From: Chiloscyllium plagiosum
Taxonomy: Eukaryota
Direction: 5' to 3'
Assembly (NCBI RefSeq): GCF_004010195.1
Contig: NC_057748.1
Coordinates: 4,509,237 to 4,573,236, forward strand
DNA: 64,000 bases
The first letter of the stretch is position 1; the number at the start of each line of letters is the position of its first letter. Made by a program: the position numbers and the translations under genes. The notes under the pieces were generated by a model, which was given only the letters and a program-made list of their open reading frames with translations, was not told where the DNA came from and did no database searches. Below are positions 1 through 12,519 of the stretch, one piece after another.

Positions 1-523
1 CCCTGTTTGTGATTGAAGAAACGTTTCAGTTCCCAATAACCAGACCAAAAATTGGTAAGAACTGTAAACATTCTCTATATTTAAAAAAAAATGTTTGAGG
101 AAAAAAACTTTTTAGTGGTATTAAAATCAGAGGTTGCTGCCTAATGAGGGTGGTGTGTGTGGTACTGATCAGGAGGAAATGGAATGGGGGAATAGGGGTT
201 CATGAAGGAGATAAGCTCTCAGCTGGATTTGGGGGACCTGGAGAATAGGAGGAATAGGACTTGATGCCTTGCTCTACAGACCAATATAAATTTGTTGGGC
301 TGAATGGCCTGATTTCATGCCACCAATTGCTTGGTAGTACAGAGCTTAAACATTACTGTCAAAGCAGTCGCAGGTGGGCTCCTAGCTTAAAAGGTCCATC
401 ATATGAGGTGAGCCACCATTCTGGGCTAACTAAAAGGGTGACCTGTAAGACATTTGTGTTACTGTAGCTATTTATGGTTTGCGTGAATATGACTAATGTC
501 ACTAGAGACGGGAAGGATCACAC

Positions 524-741
524 TAGGCAAAAGTGAGGACCGCAGATAATGGAGATTGGAGTCGAGAGTGTGGTGCTGGAAAAGCACAGCAGGTCAGGCA
601 GCATCTGAGGAGCAGGAAAATCAACATTTCGGGCAAAATCCCTTCTTCAGGAATCATCAGCCTCTTTTCCTGATGAAGGGCTTTTGCCCCAAGCCTTGGT
701 TTTCCTGCTCCTGGGATGCTGCCTGACCTGTGCTTTTCCAG
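524..741. mobile_element. Palindromic Penelope-derived non-autonomous element (degenerate)
   Basis: Inverted arms (ctggaaaagcacagcaggtcaggcagcatc ... gatgctgcctgacctgtgcttttccag) around the core cctgatgaagggcttttgccc; same family as 2571 and 9480. Confidence 0.7.
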
Positions 742-1199
742 GATAAGGTCTTACTCCCACAGGTTCCATCTTTTTTCTAATCCAGTCCCAGTGATGTTAC
801 CACAGGTGGCTGGTGCCTGACTACACTTGATGAAATATTAACCCTTTCAGATCCATAGTTTTTCATCTCCCTTTCATTACCACTGAAACATTTGAAAACC
901 AATTTTCCACTTTTCCCTTTCTAAAGTTTTTTTTTGTGTGTCTCAGTCCTAATAAAAATTGCTACCTTTGTGAGCCTTTTAGCAATAATTTAATATTAGT
1001 GTGCTGTAAGGACACTAATATCCTGTGCTTACTGATACTGCTGCCAATGGGAACTGCTTCTCTCTATTGATTCCATCTGAACTCTTGTAAATGGTGAATG
1101 TTGCTTTGATTAAGCACAGACTTATATTTATGAATTTCCACCAGTTCTAGTTTTTTTTTTAAATGAATTAAACCAACAAATTGCTCACATAATAAGAGA

Positions 1200-1400
1200 A
1201 GTAATAGCCTGATGGTATTCTCGCTGGAATGTGAAGTAAGAGACCCAAGTGATATTCTGGCCATCTGGGTTCCAATCCTGCCCCAGCCAATGGTGGGAAC
1301 TTGAACTCAAACAAACAAATCTGGCATTTAGAGTCTCGTGATGACCATAAATCTGTTGTCAATTGTCAGGAAAAACCCATCTCGTTCACTGATGTCCTTA
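1200..1400 (+). mobile_element. Diverged tRNA-derived SINE fragment
   Basis: B-box-like ggttccaatcc followed by a body resembling the 5110-5440 element; family assignment from recall. Confidence 0.4.
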
Positions 1401-1759
1401 AGTGTCGATGGTATATTCAGGGCTGAGATAGAGAGGCAGGTTTTTAATGGTTATGAGGAAAAGGCAGGAAAGTGAAGTTGAGGAATATCAGATCAGCCAT
1501 CGTCTCATTGACTGGTGGAGATTAGATGGGTTGAATGGCCTACTTCAGTTCCTATGTCTTACAGTTTAATGTTCTCGAAAGCGAGGCAGCTAGTTGGGAT
1601 CCAGTTCTGTTTTATTTTCTCATTTCTTTATGCTAATCCTGTTCCATATTCTCTGGATGATTTTAAAAATGTGGGAATGAAGACTTTAATTCTTTCATCT
1701 TAAATCCTAAAGTTCAGGTCCTTTTCCAGCCCTTTCTTATCCCAGTATAAAAGTAGATA

Positions 1760-1860
1760 CTGGCCACTCGGCTGTTTCCTTTCTTCCTGCTGGTGGAAAT
1801 TGAATAAAGATTTGTACACTTTGTGTCTTTCACTGTGTCTCACACCTGCACACACACAAC
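1760..1860 (+). mobile_element. 3' end of Tx1-like LINE
   Basis: tggtggaaattgaataaagatttgtacactttgtgtctttcactgtg matches the reverse complement of the Tx1-like 3' UTR at 44765-44845. Confidence 0.7.
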
Positions 1861-2570
1861 ATGGGTGCTGGGGAAAATATAAGCTCTACTGCAGTTAGAT
1901 GGTAAAGAGGGGAAAATATATAAACAGGAGATTTAGAGTCTCCTCAGTTTAGGGCACTGACTCTGTGCTGCCTGGTGCCACAGTCAGAAAAAAAAACTAT
2001 ATATAAAAGTAGATTCAATGACAGGCAGCATTTGGGGTTTCATCCTTCTAGCATCTCCTTTTTCATTTGAAATGAAGTACTCTTTGTTAGTCGTGTTTAG
2101 TTCCTTCCCATGCAGGTGGAAGCTGCCTTTTTAAGACTGAGCTAGTTCCAGGCAGACAGTTGGACAGGGACAGGAGCAAAATACTGCTTGGATGCTGAAA
2201 CTCTTAAATGCAGCAATTGCTCTAGAAACTCAGCAGATCTGGGCAGCATCTGTGGAGAGAGAAACCGAGTTAATATTTCACATTTAGTTTAATTTTTTTT
2301 TCGATTGGTGTAACGTTTGAGCAAGAGCACTGACGAGCCTCTAAGAAAGAGAGAGAAAGTTTACTCCTGTTTTCCCAGTGTTTAAGTACTTAAAGGTTTC
2401 CAATGAAAGATTTGCTCCCTTATCGGGTGTGAGCAAAGGAGGTGAAGGGACTGACTGTAACGTTGGAGCTGGCCATTGAGGGAAAATAGATAGGAGAAAG
2501 GGGAGTAAGGACTTATAAAGAGTCACAGGTATCGAGTAATACAGATCAGAAACAGACCCTTCCAGAATAT

Positions 2571-2787
2571 TGGATCAGTGGTGCTGGAAGAGCACAGCAA
2601 TTCAGGCAGCATCCGAAAAGCTTCAAAATCGACGTTTCGGGCAAAAGCCCTTCATCAGGAAGGTGAAGGGCTTTTGCCCGAAATGTCGATTTCGAAGCTC
2701 CTTGGATGCTGCCTGAATTGCTGTGCTCTTCCAGCACCACTGATCCAGAATCTGGTGTCCAGCATTTGCAGTCATTGTTTTTACCTT
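2571..2787. mobile_element. Palindromic Penelope-derived element with hammerhead-like core
   Basis: Near-perfect inverted repeat of ~90-bp arms (tggatcagtggtgctggaagagcacagcaattcaggcagcatcc ... reverse complement); minus-strand CTGATGA-A-GGGC-TTTT-GCCC-GAAACGTC at 2631-2658. Confidence 0.8.
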
Positions 2788-3249
2788 CCAGAATATGCCC
2801 CAGGGGCCTGTCGGGGCTGGGTCATTAGTGTACTCAAGGCTGAGGTAGGCAGGTTTTCAATCAGGAGAGGTGTCTAGGGTTATGAGGAAAAGGTAGGAAG
2901 TGGAGTCACGAGGTCTAGACCAGGTGAGGACAGCAAATTCCTTTCCCCCCAAGAGCTGAATGGGTTTTTATGAAATTGTTAGGGTCACCAGCGCTGGTAG
3001 CTTTATAATGCCAGATTTTAATCATTGAATTTAAATTCCATGAGTTGCTTCATGAGAACTGGCACAGAAGGGTTAGGCTGAAAGGGTATATCCTATGAAC
3101 AACTGCACCTCTGGCAGTGCAGCATTCCCACAGTGATGTGCCGGAGTATCTGCTTATATTCTCAATTCCTTTACATGGGACTTGAGTCCACAACCTTCTA
3201 TAAGAGAACTACCCACCGAGATCCAGCTCGCTGGCTGACCCACTTTCAT

Positions 3250-3565
3250 AGGATTGTTGCAGTGTGGATGCAGGCCATTCAGCTCAATGAGTCCACTTCA
3301 GCCCTCTGAAGAGCATCCTACCCAGGCCCACTGACCCATCCCTGTAACTCTGCATGGCTAACCCACCGAGCCTGCACATCCCTGGGCATGATGGGGCATT
3401 TAGCTTGGCCAATTCACCCTAACCTGCACCTCTTTGGACTGCGGGGGGGTACCCATGCAGACACGGGGAGAACATGCCATTCCACACAGTTAACAGAAGC
3501 TGGAATTGAGCCTGGATCTCTGGTGCTATGAGATAGCAGTGCTAACCACTGAGCCACCGTACCCA
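3250..3565 (-). mobile_element. HE1/V-SINE-type tRNA-derived SINE, diverged
   Basis: Reverse complement of ggtggctcagtggttagcactgct...ctccccgtgtctgc...gccaagctaaatgccc. Confidence 0.8.
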
Positions 3566-3824
3566 TGCTGAAGAACAAAAGAACTAGCAATAGGCCATTC
3601 AACCCCTCAAGCCTGTTCTCCATAAGAGGCGAATTAAGAGCCTGGGAAATAAATGCGTGAACGTGGTTCATTTTGTTTCAATCCACAGTTTAGTCCTTAT
3701 CAGCCATTGCAATCCTCGGCAATTCAGTCCAGATTAATAAGAATGTGTCTGATCCAGAGCTCTGGAGGCAATTTGCTGCCAGGCTGCACTAAGATTAGAC
3801 AGAGCAAGTTCAGTCGCTGAGACA

Positions 3825-4335
3825 GCATAGACTCATTGAGATGTACAGAACGGAAACAGACCTTTCAGTCTGACTCGTTCGTGCTGACCAGATATCCTAA
3901 ATTAATCCAGTCCCTTTTGTCAGCACCTGGCCCATATCTCTCCAATCCCTTCCTATTAATATACCCATCCAGATGCCTTTAAATGTTGCAATTGTACCAG
4001 CCTCCACCACTTTTTCAGGCAGCTCATTTCATGCACGCATCACCCTCTACCTGGAAAAGTTCTCCCTTAGGTCCCTTTTAAATCTTTTCTCTCTCACCTT
4101 AAACCTATGCCCTCTGGATTTGGACTCTCCCACCCCAGGGAAAAGACCTTGGCTATTCACCTTAGCCATGCCCCTCATGATTTTATAAACTTCTGCAAGG
4201 TCACCCCTCAGACTCCAATGATCCAGGGAAAATAGCTCCAACCTCTCCCTATAGCACAAACCCTTCAACCTCAACAACATCCTTAAATCTTTTCTGAACC
4301 TTTTCAGGTTTCACAGTATCCTTCCTACAGCAGAT
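3825..4335 (-). mobile_element. CR1 LINE 3' fragment
   Basis: Minus-strand peptide LRGDLAEVYKIMRG...SRGHRFKVR...FKRDLR (CR1 RT C-terminus) plus the CR1 3' tail. Confidence 0.9.
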
Positions 4336-4697
4336 GCTGAAATATGTCTGAGGTAAGGTATGGCACGAACGCAGAGATCACCAGGAGAGAGTTACACTCA
4401 CTGTACTTTATACCAAAGTTTCAATGCAGCTACTGTCTGGGCCTTTTGGATTGGCCTCTGTAAGCATTCCAGGATTTCCTCCTGCTGGGTGATCCCAAGT
4501 GAAGGTATATATTGGTTAATGTTACAAAGTTCTCGCAAAACAGGTCCTAATCCTGTCAAGATAGTGTGGGAATTTTAATTCAGTTGGAGTCATAAGAGTT
4601 ATACAGCACAGAAACAGACCTTTTGGTCCAACTCATCCATGCCGACCAGATATCCTAAATTAATCTAGTCCCCTTTGCCAGCATTTGGCCCATATCT

Positions 4698-5015
4698 TAG
4701 AATTAGATTAGATTACTTACAGAGTGGAAACAGGCCCTTCGGCCCAACAAGTCCACACCGACCCGCCGAAGCGCAACCCACCCATACCCCTACATTTACC
4801 CCTTTAACCTAACTCTATGGGCAATTTAGCATGGCTAATTCACCTGACCTGCATATCTTTGGACTGTGGGAGGAAACTGGAGCACCCGGAGGAAACCCAC
4901 GCAGACACGGGGAGAATGTGCAAACTCCACACAGTCAGTCGCCTGAGTCGGGAAATGAACCCGGGTCTCTGGCGCTGTGAGGCAGCAGTGCTAACCACTG
5001 TGCCACCATGCTGCC
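4698..5015 (-). mobile_element. Young HE1-type SINE inserted in a CR1 tail (CR1 4585-5040)
   Basis: Full SINE body with (tagat)n tail, nearly identical to the copies at 26495, 27260 and 43150. Confidence 0.9.
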
Positions 5016-5109
5016 TGGTAAACCCTTCCTATTCACGTAGTTTCTTTTGAATCTGGGCGTCTTTGAAAAAGACTGATGACAGTGAAAATTTTCACAAGCT
5101 CTGGGAGTC

Positions 5110-5440
5110 TTGGTGGCGCTGTGCTAATGTCACTGGGACTGGGAACCTAGAAGTCCCGGTTAACAATCCCTCGGTGCAGGTTTGAGTCCCACCTCAGCAG
5201 CTGCTGGGGTTCAAATTCAATCTTAATGATTGGAAACTGTTGTCAGTAAGCTGTTGGGTGGGGAGATGGTGTGCAGGTGTGGGAGAAATTATCACCGATT
5301 GTTGCAAAAACCAATGTGGCTCACTATTGCTCTTCAAGCAGGGAAACCTGCCATTCTTACCCAGTCTGGTTTACATATGCCTCCAGACTCAGCAACACGG
5401 TTGACTCTTCATTACCCTCTGAAATGGCCATGCAAGTTGC
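5110..5440 (+). mobile_element. Diverged tRNA-derived SINE
   Basis: A/B-box-like gtggcgctgtg...ggtttgagtccc, then a body ending ccagactc...gttgactct...ccctctgaaatggcc. Confidence 0.5.
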
Positions 5441-5559
5441 TCGATTTGAGGGTGATTCAGGGTCAACTGCAAACGAGGTGGCGGAGCGGGAGGACCCTTC
5501 AGACAGAACTCGTCCACTCCTTTTCTTTATTTCTCTCTCTCCCTTTTCTTTTGTGTTTT

Positions 5560-5757
5560 TAGAACATAGAACATAGAAGAATACAGCGCAGTACAGGCCC
5601 TTTGGCCCTCGATGTTGCGCCGATCCAAGCCCACCTAACCTATACTAACCCACTATCCTCCATATACCTATCCAATGCCCGCTTAAATGCCCATAAAGAG
5701 GGAGAGTCCACCACTGAGAGGGAGAGTCCACCACTGAGAGGGAGAGTCCACCACTGA
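5560..5757 (-). mobile_element. CR1 3' end with a 20-bp unit repeated three times at the truncation point
   Basis: (tagaaca)n tail, peptide FKRALDRYM; gagggagagtccaccactga x3 at ~5698-5757. Confidence 0.75.
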
Positions 5758-7007
5758 CTTTCTTGCCTTCGTCTCTCTTCTTCTCTTGACCACAGACTCT
5801 GGGTGTGGGATTCAATGCAGACCCAGCGAGGTGGACTCTCAGCCCAATGTGGTGGTCTCTCCGTGACCCAGCGTGGTCTCAACGTGGACTTCTGGTCTCA
5901 AGGTGACTCCTCGCAGTGCGATCCCACTGTGGCTAAGCACTTAGGAAAGACTGTAATGTTTGAACTTTCAGCTTTATTTCTTTATTTTCTGCTTAAAACT
6001 TAGAAGGTCTGCAATGTGTAACTTTTAACCTTACTTTGTATGTATTACACTCTACTATAATTAATGCAGTGTTTAACTTTTAACTTTATTCTTTTTACCT
6101 TGTCCTTATGATTCTGTACCTAGGTACTTGTACCTGTGATGGTGCCTTGTGTGGTAACACTTTTCATTCGACACTGTATTTGAGTATTCATGACAATGAA
6201 TTTAAAATCATGTCAAATGGTGCCCCTGTCCTGTGAAAGAGTGAAGTATGTATGAATTTTGAACTGTGGTCACTGTTATAATGCAGAGCTCACAGTGACC
6301 CATTCACACACAGCCGAGAAGCTAAAGTCTCTTCCAAAATCTCTTTCTTCTTTCCACTTATCTTTCCTCCAACCCCAGCCACTTTACTCACCTGTCCTAT
6401 TATTTCTCTTTAAGTTTTAAGTAGTTTGTCTGATTTTGTAGCTGTTCTGTGCCTTGGGCTGCGTTAAAGCATTGAAACTACTGGACCAATGCAGTTGGGC
6501 AAACCTTTTTATCTTCCCATACTCTTTCGCTCAGTTCCCAATGAGGAAGAACCTTCTAGCACTTCTTTTGTGGGGTTCCACTGGTGACTGTTTTGTTCTG
6601 GATTCCATGATGATGTCCCATACTTTCTAAGCAACTTGTTCAGAGATGTGATTACAGTCCCCAGCAGCAGGTGAACCTGTGTTTCCTGGCTCAGTGATAG
6701 AGGCACTACCACTGCACCACAAGAGCCCTGAAATATTTTTCATCGGTCTGTTCAAAAGTCTTGTTCCAGGTGAGACTTGAGCTCAGGTCTTTAAGGTCAG
6801 AGGTTCCACAGCACCACAAGAGCGTTTGGAATTCTGACTTCACTCTTGATTTGAGCCTCCATTGGATGGTGAAGCAGATTTGATGGGGTGAATGGCCAAT
6901 TTCTGCATCTATGTCTTATGGTAATGTCCGCCAACTGCCCAATGTTTGAACTGTTGACAATGGGGAAATTCCAAGGACAATGACCAAGTAACTGACTACA
7001 TGATGTA

Positions 7008-7051
7008 TTTCTTTCTCTCTTTCTCTCTCTCTCTCACACACACACACACAC
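7008..7051. repeat. (CT)n(CA)n microsatellite
   Basis: Directly visible. Confidence 0.9.
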
Positions 7052-7738
7052 TGATTCCAATTGGATCAGAGTGGATCCTTTAACACTTGAGGTAGAAAAA
7101 TCAGATTTAGGTCCTTTTGAAAGAACAGTCTTAGCCAAGTCCGAATGGGAGCACCATCCCAGCGATCAATCTGTGGTTGTTAATCCCTTAGGATTCAGTG
7201 GGAGGTCCCAGGAATTGAAAATTAATTCCCATGTGCAAAACCCAGGGGCAAAAAAAATAGTGTCAGTAAGCGTTTTCTTTTTAATATGTTTGTTTGCAAT
7301 TTCCAAAATTATCAGGCATTGGGAAAAGGCTGTTTGAATGACAATGAAGAATTTCCCAATTAGGGAATGGGGAATCTGTTTGTCCTCTAGTTGGCAAGAG
7401 TTGGTAACCATGGTGAGAATACCGGTGTGTGCAATAGCCCACGGCAGGTCGTGAGAATGTGTCCAACCAGGGTTGAACACTCTTGATGTGGCTCAGCCTC
7501 AGTGGGTGACACTTGGCTCAGGGGGTGGTGGGGAGTGGGAGCTCCCGATGATATCCTGTAGGCCGAGGCTTCATAGTTGAGCCAGGTGAGGCTAAATGTG
7601 GCCTTGGTCCTGCAGTTTTTGGCTCCCTTTGTATCTCTAGATTGACTGCAGCTGTAAAACGTCTGTGTTTGATTGATGTAAAGAAAGCAGATGTCACTGG
7701 GTAGCTATCAGATCAGTTCCATTCACCTATAAGGCAAT

Positions 7739-7754
7739 CGTTGCCATGGCAACG
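7739..7754. promoter_or_regulatory. Perfect palindromic RFX X-box
   Basis: CGTTGCCATGGCAACG matches the X-box consensus GTNRCC-N0-3-RGYAAC on both strands; lies in apparently non-repetitive DNA. Confidence 0.6.
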
Positions 7755-7934
7755 TGTCTCAGGAGACACTCGAGCTCTGCAGTGTTCAGCTTGTGGAACA
7801 CGGCTGCTTTGTTTCACTGAAATGTATGTAGAGTACACACAAAAACAGTGAAACCTATTTCATCCACTCAGGGGAAGAGGTATTCAGAACAAGGGAGTGC
7901 AACCTTATTGAATCCAAATTCTGTCATCTACCAA

Positions 7935-8375
7935 GGGAGAGACTGAACAAGCTGGGGCTGTTTTCCCTGGAGCGTCGGTGGCTGCGGGGTGACCTTATAG
8001 AAGTTTACAAAATTATGAGGGGCATGGATAGGATAAATAGACAAAGTCTTTTCCCTGGGGTGAGGGAGTCCAGAACTAGAGGGCATAGGTTTAGGGTGAG
8101 AGGGGAAAGATATAAAAGAGACCTAAGGGGCAACATTTTCACGCAGAGGATGGTACGGGTATGGAGTGAGCTGCCAGAAGATGTGGTGGAGGTTAGTACA
8201 TTTGAAACATTTAAGAGGCATTTGGTTGGGTATATGAGTAGGAAGGGTTTGGAGGGATATGGATCGGGTGCTGGCAGGTGGGACTAGATTGGGTTGGGAT
8301 ATCTGGTCGGCATGGACGGGTTGGACCGAAGGGTCTGTTTCCATGCTGTACATCTCAATGACTCTATGACTCTAT
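7935..8375 (+). mobile_element. CR1 LINE 3' fragment
   Basis: ORF 8015-8287 (RTRGHRFRVRGERYKRDLRGNIFTQRMV...W..LP) with the atgactct tail. Confidence 0.9.
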
Positions 8376-9074
8376 TAACAGTCCAGCAATAATACCACTA
8401 GGCCACCACCTCTCCATATGCCCTTTGTTCCAATGATTTGATTTCCATAAAGAGATCTCCCCATATCATGTTGTCCCCAATCTTTATCAAACTCTGATGC
8501 CTCCATTCATCCGAGTTCCCCCTCCAGCACTTTAAGGCCCACCTCACTGAGCCTCGCCTGTACTTTATAGTCTTCGACCCGCAGCCACGAAAGTTCTCTA
8601 TGAACCTTCTCACCCCTCCTTCAAAAACCTACTATGCTTCTCATCAGCTTCCCCTTCTCCAGGTTAGCCCAACCCACTCATTTTCTGTGGGAGGCATAAT
8701 ATTAAATTGTCCACTTGCAATACTCTCCCTCCTACAGTAGATGTCAGCGTTGGCTCACTGGAATTGGCGCAGCAGCCTCTGTCTTTAAGACTCTCCAGAG
8801 ATTTGAGCCTGCAATCCGACTACGGATTCAGGCTGGGATTGAAGGGCGTGGTGTAGCCTTGATTAGAGATAATTCCCCCACTCTACCCTGCCTGTTTATT
8901 TTCCTTACATCCCTGTCTAACTTCCTTTCAAAATCATTCATCTCCATTTCTAATGACCTTTTGGGAACATTCCTGGTCAGTATGTTCCTGCTGTGGAGAA
9001 ATATTTTCACTTCCATACCTCCACTAATCTCATGCCAAAAATCTTAATTCTGTGACGCCAAGTCAGAAAATCCC

Positions 9075-9395
9075 TACAGAGCAGGAAGAGGCCACTCAGC
9101 CCATCAAGTCTGCACCAACTGTGTGAACAGCATCCCACCCAGACTTGGCTCCCTGCTGTATCCTTGTAACCCTTGGCTAACCCACCTAGCCTGCACATCT
9201 CTGAACACTATGGGCAATTTCCCATGGCTAATCCATTTAACCTGCACAACTTTGGATTGTGGAAGGAAACCAGAGCACCCGGACGAAACCCACACAGACA
9301 CAGGGTCACTCTACGCAGACAGTCGCCCGAGGCTGGAATTGAGTCCAGGTCCCTGGCACTGTGAGACAGCAGTGCTAACCACTGAGCCATCAGCC
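9075..9395 (-). mobile_element. HE1-type SINE, diverged
   Basis: Homologous to the 4698 copy. Confidence 0.85.
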
Positions 9396-9479
9396 AACGG
9401 GAGCATGTTCCACTTATAGACCTTAACCATTGTCTGCCATCATTGTGTTCACCTCGTTCTCCACCTTTACTCCAGAGAG

Positions 9480-9722
9480 ACTAGGAGAAAGTGAGGACTG
9501 CAGATGCTGGAGTACCAGAATAGAAAAATGTGGTGCTGGAAAAACACAGCAGGTCAGGCAGCATCCGAGGAGCAGGAGAATCGACGTTTCGGGCATAAGC
9601 CCTTCTTCAGGATGGCCTTCTGAAGCAGATTCCTGCAGAAGGACTTATGCCCGAAACGTCGATTCTCCTGCTCCTCGGATGCTGCCTGGCCTGCTGTGTT
9701 TTTCCAGCAACACATTTTTCAA
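9480..9722. mobile_element. Palindromic Penelope-derived element with hammerhead-like core
   Basis: Inverted arms; minus-strand atc-CTGAAGA-A-GGGC-TTAT-GCCC-GAAACGTC-gat at 9580-9613. Confidence 0.8.
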
Positions 9723-9967
9723 CCCTTCACTCCAGAGAGAACCTAAAGCCAGAGCCAAATGCCAGGAAGATCAGCAACTGAGGGGCATTGATCATGGGAG
9801 GGCATTGAGGAACAGGTCATTGAGGGGCATTTAACAAGGAGGCATTGAGCTGAGAGCATCGAGCAGGAAGGCATGTCAAGATTGGGAAGGGGGTATCAAC
9901 AGAGGGGAATTGATCACTGGGTGGGCACTAAGAGGGTCGGGGGGCATCAACTAGAGGGGGCATTATT

Positions 9968-10567
9968 ATAAAAGCAAATTACTGCAGATGCTGGAATCTG
10001 AAACCAAAAGAGAAAATGCTAGAAAATCTCAGCAAGTCTGGCAGCATCTGTAAGGAGAGAAAAGAGCTGACGTTTCGAGTCTAACTGACCCTTTGTCAAA
10101 GCTAAACAAGGGGAGAAATAGGGAGGTATTTATACGAGGCTGAGAGAAGGTGAGTCGTGGCTCCAGAAGCAAAGGTAGCAATAAAGAGGTGACAATGACA
10201 GTGCAGAGAGAGATTAGGAGCTGTGAATGACCAAGGCTGAAGCCAGTGTTGTGTGACAAAATATGTGGGGGATGGGTGAAGCAGAGGCAAAATGGAAAAC
10301 AGGGGAGAAGGGTAGCAAAGGGGGAAGAGGAGAGGAAAAAGGTGACGAGAGAGTGGGGAGTGAGAGAAAGAGAGACAATCCAAGAAATAAGAGGTACAGA
10401 ACAGTGAAAGGTAAATAAAATAAATGAAATAAAATTACGGAGCAGAATGAAAACAGAGGGGTCGAGATGGGATAATCATCTGAAGTTGTTGAATTCAATG
10501 TTGAGACCGGCAGGCTGTAATGGGCCTAGTCGGAAGATGAGATGCTGTTCCTCCAGTTGCGTTGAGC
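9968..10567 (-). mobile_element. Penelope-like retroelement 3' fragment (GIY-YIG C-terminus plus 3' UTR)
   Basis: Minus-strand translation ending at the stop at 10476-10478 reads LEEQHLIFRLGPLQPAGLNIEFNNFR*, the end of a PLE GIY-YIG domain; downstream are a pyrimidine-rich tract and a degenerate hammerhead-like hairpin ending GAAACGTC. Confidence 0.85.
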
Positions 10568-12519
10568 ATTATTATAGAAGGATTGCAAGGTATTGAGCCA
10601 CAGACACCCAGCAGAGGGACATTGATCCCGGTCTCCTGGTCCACCAAGTCGGGGTGGGAAGGAACAGCTGGGGACAGGATTTTAGGGTTGTTTGGAAATA
10701 GCATGGGAGAATCGAAACTGCCACAGAAATAATTGTAGACTCACACCGACCCTCACACACCCGCACACACGCACAGACAGACACACACACACACATCCAC
10801 CCCCCTCACATACTTCCACTCTCTACCAATCACGCTCACATTCACTGTCATTAACACAGACACTCTCTCATGGTCAGTTCCCCACATGGTCTATCCCTTT
10901 AAGTAACTGACAGACACAAATTATTACAACAAATAAACTTATTCTGTATTGCTTTGTACAATTATAAACTGGAAGAGGACAGACCACACAAACAGTGGGT
11001 TGGGGTCGGATGTGGTTGGCATCAGGCACTTCTGGTTGTATTGATGGTTGGTGGGTGTGAAGCGACATCTCTCGCCTTCCGAATCGATTTCCGCCAAGAA
11101 AATATCAGAATCAGAAAGTACAAAAATTAAATCATTCTTACATTCAATCACATGGGCCATTGGCCTGTGTCACATGGCGGTGGATTTTGGGGAAATGAGC
11201 ATGCTCATTACAGTTGGGGCAATGACCCTTGGCAATGTCTCTTGGTCTCTTCAATCCTTTCTGTGATGCACTCAATCAGATATAGTCCCTAAAACCCTAA
11301 CAGCTCGCTGCAGTGTGAAGGAAGGTTGCCATGGAGATTTTCAATGTGGATCCTGAGCGTGTGGGATCTTTCTGCCCTCACCCAAGCCGAGGGGGATCCC
11401 AGGGTAACAGACCTTTCATTTCCCACGGCCTGCTGCAGGTGGACTCCAGACCGATCCAGTACCAACGCAGTGCCAGTGCTGTGCAGTCCAGTGCAGTGCC
11501 AGTGTGGTTCCTGTGCAGTGCAGTGGAGTCCAATCCAGTGCCACTTAACAGCCTGAGCTGTATTAGGTGCCAGTGAGGGCACAATACAGAGATAGTTGGG
11601 GGGCACGGGGACAGGAGATTGAGGGGACAGTGGATAGACAGTGAGAGGACAGGGAGTGGGGTGACAATGAGGGGCCGGTGAGGGCTGGTTTGGAAATGTA
11701 AAACCAACTTTTGTGAATCTTTCTCACAATGCATCCAAGGTTTTGGGAATGACCTCCCTGAGCCCCTTCCCCACACTGGAGGAGGCCATTCCCACTGGAG
11801 CTGCATGCCCACTCTCTCCAGAGCCTGTCAGTTCGTCCCAATGTGCCCACTCTATCCTTGCACGCTGCAGGTTTAATTTCTCTCAAGTACCCATTCCGTT
11901 TCCTTTTTTTGAAATCTTCATTGCCCCCACTTCCACCTCACCTGTACTTAGTGAGTTCCTGATCATTACTCACTGGACAATAAAGTTCTTCCTTACTGTT
12001 ACAATGTATCTCATGCCCAAAACCTCCGATCTTTGTGGGGCTGATTCACGTTAAAGTTACTGACACTTATCTTTGTTACCAAAACATATATCAGCCGCAG
12101 CACCACTGAAATCCCCACGATGTATGAAACAGTCTCACTTTTTAATATGAAGGGGCTGCTCAGGATGGTGGCCTTCCCTAAACCCTCTTCCTTCATCACG
12201 ATCTTCAGACTTTCCAACATCCACCTCCAACCTCAGGCCTACCCTGTCTACCCTCCTGGTCATTTGAGGGAACTGCTGCCTGACTGTGGGTGAGGGAGCC
12301 TACTTTGGGGGTGCACGTTTGCCTGGAGCCTCTGCTATACACAGCTAGGCTGTTCACAGATTCTGTGGTCCTAGTAAAGTGACATAAAGTGCTATTGTGA
12401 ACATCAATAAGCTGCTTCCCCTGTGAGGATACAGCTGGAACCACTCCAGCACAAACTCTTTCTCAACAAAACATTGGAACATGCCAAATAGAAATGTAGA
12501 TATCTACAGAATGCATGGG

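Noticed and set aside
7071-7337. 88-aa plus-strand ORF in unique sequence
   Set aside because: No recognisable homology, non-ATG start, no convincing splice pair.
10939-11160. Possible coding exon
   Set aside because: No recognisable domain in the frames I translated; more likely UTR or intergenic.
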